From assembly GCA_963514005.1 (NCBI GenBank), contig OY740799.1, forward strand, positions 31,124,001-31,188,000: DNA of 64,000 nucleotides, given 5' to 3'. The first letter of the stretch is position 1, and each line of letters begins with the position of its first letter. The DNA is from Raja brachyura (taxonomy: Eukaryota). Under the pieces are notes generated by a model. It was given only the letters and a program-made list of their open reading frames with translations. It did not search any database and had not been told where the DNA came from. A program made the translations under genes and the position numbers. This document shows positions 1-12,200 of this stretch, piece by piece.

Positions 1-208
1 TCCTCCACAAATCCAAACTATTTTGAAATTGTGACATAATTTGGTAGAATTGTTATGAGTCAAACATTGACATCTTAACATGTATATTTGCACAATTTAT
101 GCCAATAATTTAAGCAAAGATGCAAGAAGTAAGTCACAGAGCTGATGTTAGAAATGTTGTCTCATTGTCTTCGATTTGCCAATGTTTATTGAAAGTGGTT
201 TGACTCAC

Positions 209-271
209 CTGTTGTGGAACTGGAGGTAGTCTCAGTTGTTCCAGTTGTCAAAGATGTTGTTGGTGTTGTTC
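209..271 (-). CDS. Micro-exon type A, unit 1 (63 nt, phase 1-1): GTTPTTSLTTGTTETTSSSTT
   Basis: Acceptor TTCTTTTCTATTTGCTCTCCAG, donor ACAG|GTGAGT. It is the Thr-rich core of the 186..383 ORF. Confidence 0.9.
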
Positions 272-3200
272 CTGGAGAGCAAATAGAAAAGAATTTACAA
301 ATTGAATTGCAAGAGTCACCAATCAATTTCAGTACGACACTGTACATTTTCAAAAGACTGGGCTGAATTTTAACAATGTTCATTGCTTGTGCCTATGCAA
401 AGGACATTTATTAGTAAACCAAATTTTGTTTCGTCATTTATCAAATGCACCGAAATTATAAATAGACATTGTGATTTTTAGAAGAAAGTTCTAAACTCCT
501 TCGTTGATCAACTTTGGAACCATCATTGAGCAGAAACAAAACTGTTTAACAGCGCTGCCATGACCAAAAACTCCCGGAATAGTGGAGGAGGCGAAGGGAA
601 GAGACCTTTTCTAAAAAGTGAAAATCCTTATCCATGTCAACTGAAAAGTGCAGATTTAATGCTCTTTTTGAAATTATTGTAGGCAACCAGCACCAAAAGG
701 CCTCATTAATTTGGTATTTACTTCTATATTTTCGTGGTGAGAAACTACATTTTTGGAATAAAGCAATGAACAAATATTCATGAAGAGGGTGCGATATGGA
801 GCTTCACTAAACAAAGCACCGAATCCAAAAGGAAAAGTTAACAAGATTGATAGATGATGTTACTAACCTGATGTAGTGCTGGTGGTGGTCTCAGTTGTTG
901 GTGTCGTTTCTAGTGAAAGAAAAGATTGCTCTATTCAAGTGGGGCAGCCAAGAGGAATTGGTACTCAGTTATAAAGCCATCAACAGGAATTCATGAGCTG
1001 GCACATTTCATGAAAGTGTTTTAATATGTAGATTGGTTACTTCTTACTAATATGCGAAGATAAACTGCTCAGCAACAACAGACTGTATCCCCCGCAGCCG
1101 CTCCATGGCGTTCTGCACCCAGCACGCTTATTTCACCACCTCCAATCGGTGTGTCTCCGGTGCCATCCCCGGTCACTTCCCCGTCACTTTATCGATTAAT
1201 TGAATAAAGCGTGCGATCATACTATGGGCTGCATTACTTTTTACTTGTCAATCAGCGGCTGAATAATTCAGGGTCATCATGAACAATTTCAATTTCTTAA
1301 TATACCAACTTCAGATTTTGTGGAAGCTCAGCAGTATTCTAAGACCTATTGATCAGAAATTTAGAACATAAGGAGCGGTAAAGTGCCACAACTGGCGCAA
1401 CTCCTACCTCACAGCACCAGAGACATCAGATTGATTTGTTCCGTGGGTGCTGTGTACATGGAGATGACATGCCCTCCCTGTTATGTGTTGCTTTCCTACA
1501 AGTATCTGAAATATATTTCACTAACCTGATGTGGTGCTGGTAGTGGTCTCTGTTGTTGATGTAGTTGTTGGTGTTCCTAGTGAAAGAAAATAAAGCAATA
1601 TTTAACCAAGACAGCCAAGAGGAATTGGTATACAGCTAACTATTGGTAGTCAGGAAACCATCAGCAGCAATTCATATGCTGGTACACTTTATTAAAATGT
1701 TTAACAGATGACATTTTTGTTCAACCTAGAATAAAATGGCAAGGCAAAATATACTTTTGATAAATCAGCAGCTGAATATTTCAGTGCAATCACAAATAAT
1801 CCTGTTCTATCTATACACCAGTTGCGGATTTCCTGGAAGATCAACCGTCTTCCAAAGACTGCAAGGTCTACTTAATACCATATTTTATAATACCATTATT
1901 CGTGGATCCATTTTTGAAAAATCTTTGAGCTGAAACAAAACTGTTTAACTGCGTTGCCATGACCAAAAACTACAGGAATAGTGGAAGAGGCGAAGGGAAG
2001 AGACCTTTTCTATAAAAGTGAAAATCCTTATCCATGTCTGCTGAAAGGTGCCAGACTCAATTCTCTTTTTAAAATTATGGCAGGCAATCAGCAACAAATG
2101 GCCTCCTCAATTCGGTAGTTGTTTCTATATTTTCATGGTGAGAAACTACATTTTTTGAATAAAGCAATGAACAAATATTCCTGAAGAGGGGGCTATATAG
2201 AGCTTCACTAAACAAAGCACAGAGTCCAAAAGTAAACGCTAACAAGATTGATAGATGATGTTACTAACCTGATGTAGTGCTGGTAGTGGTCTCAGTTGTT
2301 GGTGTAGTTTCTAGTGAAAGAAAAGATTGCTCTATTCAAGTGGGGCAGCCAAGAGAATTGGTACGCAGTTATAAAGCCATCAACAGGAATTCATGAGCTG
2401 GCACATTTTATGAAAGTGTTTTCATGTGTAGTTTGGTTGCTTCTTACAAATATGCAAAGATAAACTGCTCAGCAACAACAGACTGTGTCCCCCGTGGCCT
2501 CTCCACGGCGTTCTGCGCCCAGCACGCTTATTTCACCACCTCGCCGGTCACTTTCCCGGACACTTCACCGGTGAATTCCCCATCACTTTACCGATTAATT
2601 GAATAAAGCGTGCGGCCATACTATACGGCTGCATTACTTTTTCCTTGTCAATCAGCAGCTGAATATTTCAGGGCCATCATAAACAATTTCAATTTCTTAA
2701 TGTACCAACTTCAGATTTTGTGGAAGCTCAGCAAGTATTCCAAGAACTACTGATCAGAAATGTCGAACATAAGGAGCGGTAAAGTGCCAAAACTGTTGCA
2801 ACTCCTACCTCACAGCACCAGAGACATCAGATTGATTTGTTCCGTGGGTGTTGTGTGCATGGAGATGACATGTCCTCCCTGTTATGTGTGGCTTTCCTAC
2901 AAATGTCTGAAATATATTGTCACTGACCTGATATAGTACTGGTAGTGGTCTCAGTTATTGATGTAGTTGTTGGTGTTCCTGGTGAAAGAAAATAACGCAA
3001 TATTCAACCAAGACGGCAAGAGGAATTGGTACACAGCTAACTATTGGCAGTCAAGAAACCATCAGAAGGAATTCATAGGCTGGCACGCATTATTAAAAAT
3101 TTTAACAGATGGCATTTTTGTTCTTCGTAGAATAAAATGACAGAGCAAAATATATTTGATCAATCAGCAGCTGAATATTTCTGTGCCATCACAAATAAAC

Positions 3201-6200
3201 CTGTTCTGACTATACATCAGTTACGGATATCCTGGAAGATTACCGTCTTCCAAAGACCTCAAAATCACCATGTTGTCCAATACCATTATTTGTTGAACCA
3301 TGTTTGAAAAATCTTTGAGCTGAAACAAAACTGTTTAACAGCGTTGCCATGACAAAAAAACTCCCGGAAATCTGGAGGAGGCGAAGGGAAGAGACCTTTT
3401 CTAAAAAGCGAAAATCCTTATCCATGTCAACTGAAAAATGCCAGATTTAATGCTGTTTGTGAAATTATTGTAGGCAACCAGCACCAAAAGGCCTCCTTAA
3501 TTTGGTAGTTGTTTCTATATTTTTGTGGTGAGAAACTACATTTTTGGAATAAAACAATGAACAAATATTCATGAAGAGGGGGCTATATAGAGCTTCACTA
3601 AACAAAGCACAGAGTCCAAAAGGAAAAGCCAACAAGATTGATAGATGATGATACTAACCTGATGTAGTGCTGGTGGTGGTCTCAGTTGTTGGTGTTGTTT
3701 CTAGTGAAAGAAAAGATTGCTCTATTCAAGTGGGGCAGCCAAGAGAATTGGAACGCAGATATGAAGCCATCAACAGGAATTCATCAACTGGCATATTTTA
3801 TGAAAACGTTTTACTAGTTGTCACTTTCTTCATCAGTGAATAAACCATGCGGCCATACTATACGGCTGCATTACTTTTTCCTTGTCTTTGAGAAATTGCA
3901 TCTGATCAGGCATCTAGAAAGATTGATTTGGCACAGCTGTGCAGCTGGTAGAGCTGCAGCCTCATAGTGTCATAGATTTGTATTCTATCCTAACCTCGGG
4001 TGCTGTCAGGGCTGGGATTGCACGTTCTCCCTTTCACTACCTGTGATCCCCCCAAGTTTTTAACAGAGGATGATACTGACCTGATGTAGTGGTGGTCCCA
4101 GATGTTGATGTAGTTGTTTCTAGTGAAATAAAAAAATGTTATGTTCCACTGAGACAAACAAGAGGAATAGTTATGCGGTTTAGAATCCTCCAACAGGAAT
4201 TTATCAACTGGCACCTTTTAATAAGAAATTTTACACTTGATCTTGACTTATCAGTGAATATAGCATATGGCCATACTATGCTGCTGCATTACATTTTCCT
4301 TGTCAATCAGCTGCTGAATGTCAGGGCCACCACAAATAATTCCAACTTCTTAATGTACCAACTTCAGATTTTGTGGAAGCTCAGCAAGTATTCCAAGAAC
4401 TACTGATCATAAATTTACAACATAAGCAGCGGTAAAGTGCCACAACTGTTGCAACTCCTACCTCACAGCACCAGAGACTTCAGATTGATTTGTTCCGTGG
4501 GTGCTGTGTGCATGGAGATTACATGTACTCCCTGTTATGTGTGCCTTTCCTACATGTGTGTGAAATATATTGTCACTAACCTGATGTAGTACTGGTAGTG
4601 GTCTCTGTTGTTGATGTAGTTGTTGGTGTTTCTAGTGAAAGAAAATAATGCAATATTCAACCAGGACAGCCAAGAGGAATTGGTACATAGCTAACTATTG
4701 GTAGTCAGGAAACCATCAGCAGGAATTCATATGGTGGCACACTTAATTGAAATGTTGAACAGAAGGCATTTTTGTTCTTCACAGAATAAAATTGTAGGGA
4801 AAATATAATTTTGATCAATCAGAAGCTGAATATTTCAGTGCCATCACAAATAATTCTGTTCTATCTATACACCAGTTGCAGATTTCCTGGAAGATCAACC
4901 ATCTTCCAAAGACTGCAAGGTCTACTTAATACCATCATTTCCGATAGTATGTACTGTGTGTACTATGGGTAAGCATGTCTGTTCATATGCCCCATTGATA
5001 CATGATTATCAACTTGCATAAATTGTGTTCATTATAATCATGTTTTTGATTTTTGCTATGGAATGGCCGTAGAAATTGAGAAGCAGAAAACACCAACTCA
5101 TTTCCTCCACAAATCCAAACTATTTTGAAATTGTGACAAAATTTGGTAGAATTGTTATGAGTCAAACATTGACATCTTAACATGTATATTTGCACAATTG
5201 ATGCCAATAATTTAAGCAAAGATGCAAGAAGTAAGTCACAGAGCTGATGTTAGAAATGTTGTCTCATTGTCTTCGATTTGCCAATGTTTATTGAAAGTGG
5301 TTTGACTCACCTGTTGTGGAACTGGAGGTAGTCTCAGTTGTTCCAGTTGTCAAAGATGTTGTTGGTGTTGTTCCTGGAGAGCAAATAGAAAAGAATTTAC
5401 AAATTGAATTGCAAGAGTCACCAATCAATTTCAGTACGACACTGTACATTTTCCTGAGACTGGGCTGAATTTTAACAATGTTCATTGCTTGTGCCTATGC
5501 AAAGGACATTTATTAGTAAACCAAATTTTGTTTCGTCATTTATCAAATGCACCGAAATTATAAATAGACATTGTGATTTTTAGAAGAAAGTTCTAAACTC
5601 CTTCGTTGATCAACTTTGGAACCATCATTGAGCAGAAACAAAACTGTTTAACAGCGCTGCCATGACCAAAAACTCCCGGAATAGTGGAGGAGGCGAAGGG
5701 AAGAGACCTTTTCTAAAAAGTGAAAATCCTTAGCCATGTCAACTGAAAAGTGCAGATTTAATGCTCTTTTTGAAATTATTGTAGGCAACCAGCACCAAAA
5801 GGCCTCATTAATTTGGTATTTACTTCTATATTTTCGTGGTGAGAAACTACATTTTTGGAATAAAGCAATGAACAAATATTCATGAAGAGGGTGCGATATG
5901 GAGCTTCACTAAACAAAGCACAGAATCCAAAAGGAAAAGTTAACAAGATTGATAGATGATGTTACTAACCTGATGTAGTGCTGGTGGTGGTCTCAGTTGT
6001 TGGTGTCGTTTCTAGTGAAAGAAAAGATTGCTCTATTCAAGTGGGGCAGCCAAGAGGAATTGGTACTCAGTTATAAAGCCATCAACAGGAATTCATGAGC
6101 TGGCACATTTCATGAAAGTGTTTTAATATGTAGATTGGTTACTTCTTACTAATATGCGAAGATAAACTGCTCAGCAACAACAGACTGTATCCCCCGCAGC

Positions 6201-9200
6201 CGCTCCATGGCGTTCTGCACCCAGCACGCTTATTTCACCACCTCCAATCGGTGTGTCTCCGGTGCCATCCCCGGTCACTTCCCCGTCACTTTATCGATTA
6301 ATTGAATAAAGCGTGCGATCATACTATGGGCTGCATTACTTTTTACTTGTCAATCAGCGGCTGAATAATTCAGGGTCATCATGAACAATTTCAATTTCTT
6401 AATGTACCAACTTCAGATTTTGTGGAAGCTCAGCAGTATTCTAAGAACTATTGATCAGAAATTTAGAACATAAGGAGCGGTAAAGTGCCACAACTGGCGC
6501 AACTCCTACCTCACAGCACCAGAGACATCAGATTGATTTGTTCCGTGGGTGCTGTGTACATGGAGATGACATGCCCTCCCTGTTATGTGTTGCTTTCCTA
6601 CAAGTATCTGAAATATATTTCACTAACCTGATGTGGTGCTGGTAGTGGTCTCTGTTGTTGATGTAGTTGTTGGTGTTCCTAGTGAAAGAAAATAAAGCAA
6701 TATTTAACCAAGACAGCCAAGAGGAATTGGTATACAGCTAACTATTGGTAGTCAGGAAACCATCAGCAGCAATTCATATGCTGGTACACTTTATTAAAAT
6801 GTTTAACAGATGACATTTTTGTTCAACCTAGAATAAAATGGCAAGGCAAAATATACTTTTGATAAATCAGCAGCTGAATATTTCAGTGCAATCACAAATA
6901 ATCCTGTTCTATCTATACACCAGTTGCGGATTTCCTGGAAGATCAACCGTCTTCCAAAGACTGCAAGGTCTACTTAATACCATATTTTATAATACCATTA
7001 TTAGTGGATCCATTTTTGAAAAATCTTTGAGCTGAAACAAAACTGTTTAACTGCGTTGCCATGACCAAAAACTACAGGAATAGTGGAAGAGGCGAAGGGA
7101 AGAGACCTTTTCTATAAAAGTGAAAATCCTTATCCATGTCTGCTGAAAGGTGCCAGACTCAATTCTCTTTTTAAAATTATGGCAGGCAATCAGCAACAAA
7201 TGGCCTCCTCAATTCGGTAGTTGTTTCTATATTTTCATGGTGAGAAACTACATTTTTTGAATAAAGCAATGAACAAATATTCCTGAAGAGGGGGCTATAT
7301 AGAGCTTCACTAAACAAAGCACAGAGTCCAAAAGGAAACGCTAACAAGATTGATAGATGATGTTACTAACCTGATGTAGTGCTGGTAGTGGTCTCAGTTG
7401 TTGGTGTCGTTTCTAGTGAAAGAAAATATTGCTCTATTCAAGTGGGGCAGCCAAGAGAATTGGTACGCAGTTATAAAGCCATCAACAGGAATTCATGAGC
7501 TGGCACATTTTATGAAAGTGTTTTCATGTGTAGTTTGGTTGCTTCTTACTAATATGCAAAGATAAACTGCTCAGCAACAACAGACTGTGTCCCCCGTGGC
7601 CTCTCCACGGCGTTCTGCGCCCAGCACGCTTATTTCACCACCTCGCCGGTCACTTTCCCGGACACTTCACCGGTGAATTCCCCATCACTTTACCGATTAA
7701 TTGAATAAAGCGTGCGGCCATACTATACGGCTGCATTACTTTTTCCTTGTCAATCAGCAGCTGAATATTTCAGGGCCATCATAAACAATTTCAATTTCTT
7801 AATGTACCAACTTCAGATTTTGTGGAAGCTCAGCAAGTATTCCAAGAACTACTGATCAGAAATGTCGAACATAAGGAGCGGTAAAGTGCCAAAACTGTTG
7901 CAACTCCTACCTCACAGCACCAGAGACATCAGATTGATTTGTTCCGTGGGTGTTGTGTGCATGGAGATGACATGTCCTCCCTGTTATGTATGGCTTTCCT
8001 ACAAATGTCTGAAATATATTGTCACTAACCTGATGTAGTACTGGTAGTGGTCTCAGTTATTGACGTAGTTGTTGGTGTTCCTGGTGAAAGAAAATAACGC
8101 AATATTCAACCAAGACGGCAAGAGGAATTGGTACACAGCTAACTATTGGCAGTCAAGAAACCATCAGAAGGAATTCATAGGCTGGCACGCATTATTAAAA
8201 ATTTTAACAGATGGCATTTTTGTTCTTCGTAGAATAAAATGACAGAGCAAAATATATTTGATCAATCAGCAGCTGAATATTTCTGTGCCATCACAAATAA
8301 ACCTGTTCTGACTATACATCAGTTACGGATATCCTGGAAGATTACCGTCTTCCAAAGACCTCAAAATCACCATGTTGTCCAATACCATTATTTGTTGAAC
8401 CATGTTTGAAAAATCTTTGAGCTGAAACAAAACTGTTTGACAGCGTTGCCATGACAAAAAAACTCCCGGAAATCTGGAGGAGGCGAAGGGAAGAGACCTT
8501 TTCTAAAAAGCGAAAATCCTTATCCATGTCAACTGAAAAATGCCAGATTTAATGCTGTTTGTGAGATTATTGTAGGCAACCAGCACCAAAAGGCCTCCTT
8601 AATTTGGTAGTTGTTTCTATATTTTTGTGGTGAGAAACTACATTTTTGGAATAAAACAATGAACAAATATTCATGAAGAGGGGGCTATATAGAGCTTCAC
8701 TAAACAAAGCACAGAGTCCAAAAGGAAAAGCTAACAAGATTGATAGATGATGATACTAACCTGATGTAGTGCTGGTGGTGGTCTCAGCTGTTGGTGTTGT
8801 TTCTAGTGAAAGAAAAGATTGCTCTATTCAAGTGGGGCAGCCAAGAGAATTGGAACGCAGATATGAAGCCATCAACAGGAATTCATCAACTGGCATATTT
8901 TATGAAAACGTTTTACTAGTTGTCACTTTCTTCATCAGTGAATAAACCATGCGGCCATACTATACGGCTGCATTACTTTTTCCTTGTCTTTGAGAAATTG
9001 CATCTGATCAGGCATCTAGAAATATTGATTTGGCACAGCTGTGCAGCTGGTAGAGCTGCAGCCTCATAGTGTCATAGATTTGTATTCTATCCTAACCTCG
9101 GGTGCTGTCAGGGCTGGGATTGCACGTTCTCCCTTTCACTACCTGTGATCCCCCCAAGTTTTTAACAGAGGATGATACTGACCTGATGTAGTGGTGGTCC

Positions 9201-12200
9201 CAGATGTTGATGTAGTTGTTTCTAGTGAAATAAAAAAATGTTATGTTCCACTGAGACAAACAAGAGGAATAGTTATGCGGTTTAGAATCCTCCAACAGGA
9301 ATTTATCAACTGGCACCTTTTAATAAGAAATTTTACACTTGATCTTTACTTATCAGTGAATATAGCGTATGGCCATACTATGCTGCTGCATTACTTTTTC
9401 CTTGTCAATCAGCTGCTGAATGTCAGGGCCACCACAAATAATTCCAACTTCTTAATGTACCAACTTCAGATTTTGTGGAAGCTCAGCAAGTATTCCAAGA
9501 ACTACTGATAATAAATTTACAACATAAGCAGCGGTAAAGTGCCACAACTGTTGCAACTCCTACCTCACAGCACCAGAGACTTCAGATTGATTTGTTCCGT
9601 GGGTGCTGTGTGCATGGAGATTACATGTACTCCCTGTTATGTGTGCCTTTCCTACATGTGTGTGAAATATATTGTCACTAACCTGATGTAGTACTGGTAG
9701 TGGTCTCTGTTGTTGATGTAGTTGTTGGTGTTTCTAGTGAAAGAAAATAATGCAATATTCAACCAGGACAGCCAAGAGGAATTGGTACATAGCTAACTAT
9801 TGGTAGTCAGGAAACCATCAGCAGGAATTCATATGGTGGCACACTTAATTGAAATGTTGAACAGAAGGCATTTTTGTTCTTCACAGAATAAAATTGTAGG
9901 GAAAATATAATTTTGATCAATCAGAAGCTGAATATTTCAGTGCCATCACAAATAATTCTGTTCTATCTATACACCAGTTGCAGATTTCCTGGAAGATCAA
10001 CCATCTTCCAAAGACTGCAAGGTCTACTTAATACCATCATTTCCGATAGTATGTACTGTGTGTACTATGGGTAAGCATGTCTGTTCATATGCCCCATTGA
10101 TACATGATTATCAACTTGCATAAATTGTGTTCATTATAATCATGTTTTTGATTTTTGCTATGGAATGGCCGTAGAAATTGAGAAGCAGAAAACACCAACT
10201 CATTTCCTCCACAAATCCAAACTATTTTGAAATTGTGACATAATTTGGTAGAATTGTTATGAGTCAAACATTGACATCTTAACATGTATATTTGCACAAT
10301 TTATGCCAATAATTTAAGCAAAGATGCAAGAAGTAAGTCACAGAGCTGATGTTAGAAATGTTGTCTCATTGTCTTCGATTTGCCAATGTTTATTGAAAGT
10401 GGTTTGACTCACCTGTTGTGGAACTGGAGGTAGTCTCAGTTGTTCCAGTTGTCAAAGATGTTGTTGGTGTTGTTCCTGGAGAGCAAATAGAAAAGAATTT
10501 ACAAATTGAATTGCAAGAGTCACCAATCAATTTCAGTACGACACTGTACATTTTCAAAAGACTGGGCTGAATTTTAACAATGTTCATTGCTTGTGCCTAT
10601 GCAAAGGACATTTATTAGTAAACCAAATTTTGTTTCGTCATTTATCAAATGCACCGAAATTATAAATAGACATTGTGATTTTTAGAAGAAAGTTCTAAAC
10701 TCCTTCGTTGATCAACTTTGGAACCATCATTGAGCAGAAACAAAACTGTTTAACAGCGCTGCCATGACCAAAAACTCCCGGAATAGTGGAGGAGGCGAAG
10801 GGAAGAGACCTTTTCTAAAAAGTGAAAATCCTTATCCATGTCAACTGAAAAGTGCAGATTTAATGCTCTTTTTGAAATTATTGTAGGCAACCAGCACCAA
10901 AAGGCCTCATTAATTTGGTATTTACTTCTATATTTTCGTGGTGAGAAACTACATTTTTGGAATAAAGCAATGAACAAATATTCATGAAGAGGGTGCGATA
11001 TGGAGCTTCACTAAACAAAGCACCGAATCCAAAAGGAAAAGTTAACAAGATTGATAGATGATGTTACTAACCTGATGTAGTGCTGGTGGTGGTCTCAGTT
11101 GTTGGTGTCGTTTCTAGTGAAAGAAAAGATTGCTCTATTCAAGTGGGGCAGCCAAGAGGAATTGGTACTCAGTTATAAAGCCATCAACAGGAATTCATGA
11201 GCTGGCACATTTCATGAAAGTGTTTTAATATGTAGATTGGTTACTTCTTACTAATATGCGAAGATAAACTGCTCAGCAACAACAGACTGTATCTCCCGCA
11301 GCCGCTCCATGGCGTTCTGCACCCAGCACGCTTATTTCACCACCTCCAATCGGTGTGTCTCCGGTGCCATCCCCGGTCACTTCCCCGTCACTTTATCGAT
11401 TAATTGAATAAAGCGTGCGATCATACTATGGGCTGCATTACTTTTTACTTGTCAATCAGCGGCTGAATAATTCAGGGTCATCATGAACAATTTCAATTTC
11501 TTAATATACCAACTTCAGATTTTGTGGAAGCTCAGCAGTATTCTAAGAACTATTGATCAGAAATTTAGAACATAAGGAGCGGTAAAGTGCCACAACTGGC
11601 GCAACTCCTACCTCACAGCACCAGAGACATCAGATTGATTTGTTCCGTGGGTGCTGTGTACATGGAGATGACATGCCCTCCCTGTTATGTGTTGCTTTCC
11701 TACAAGTATCTGAAATATATTTCACTAACCTGATGTGGTGCTGGTAGTGGTCTCTGTTGTTGATGTAGTTGTTGGTGTTCCTAGTGAAAGAAAATAAAGC
11801 AATATTTAACCAAGACAGCCAAGAGGAATTGGTATACAGCTAACTATTGGTAGTCAGGAAACCATCAGCAGCAATTCATATGCTGGTACACTTTATTAAA
11901 ATGTTTAACAGATGACATTTTTGTTCAACCTAGAATAAAATGGCAAGGCAAAATATACTTTTGATAAATCAGCAGCTGAATATTTCAGTGCAATCACAAA
12001 TAATCCTGTTCTATCTATACACCAGTTGCGGATTTCCTGGAAGATCAACCGTCTTCCAAAGACTGCAAGGTCTACTTAATACCATATTTTATAATACCAT
12101 TATTCGTGGATCCATTTTTGAAAAATCTTTGAGCTGAAACAAAACTGTTTAACTGCGTTGCCATGACCAAAAACTACAGGAATAGTGGAAGAGGCGAAGG

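Larger units (their letters stand above)
500..4935. repeat. Diverged internal ~1.4-kb sub-repeats within each 5102-bp unit (B-C, D-E and F/G-H blocks)
   Basis: Shared intronic motifs recur: gaaacaaaactgtttaac (~534, ~1933, ~3323), ctcctacctcacagcaccagagac (~1401, ~2802, ~4455), gagcttcactaaacaaagcac (~799, ~2200, ~3590). Confidence 0.93.

Noticed and set aside
129-134. Plus-strand GTAAGT donor consensus suggesting a plus-strand gene
   Set aside because: Isolated, with no matching acceptor or exon pattern; expected by chance.
1401-1508. Donor-like GTGAGGTAGG and acceptor-like TATATTTCAG on the minus strand in B-C type introns
   Set aside because: The acceptor-like site is only ~20 nt from the exon C donor, too short for an intron; no supporting coding signal.
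3995-4040. Possible ninth exon in the F-G intron (CAG ... GAG|GTTAGG)
   Set aside because: 46 nt (not 3n), a G-rich instead of pyrimidine-rich acceptor region, not Thr-rich, and unit 6 has a stop-creating SNP in the overlapping ORF.
862-4634. Recurrent actaacctgatgtagt... motif resembling a CRISPR-like direct repeat
   Set aside because: Spacing is 400-750 bp, the intervening sequences are themselves repeated, and there are no cas genes; the motif is an exon end plus splice donor.
1-5102. 5-kb tandem unit as a histone, 5S/rDNA or snRNA gene cluster
   Set aside because: No histone ORFs and no recognisable rRNA, tRNA or snRNA sequence in the unit.
1-5102. Tandem transposon, integrated virus or plasmid concatemer
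   Set aside because: No transposase, reverse transcriptase, integrase, Rep or capsid ORF; no LTR or TIR bounding the unit.
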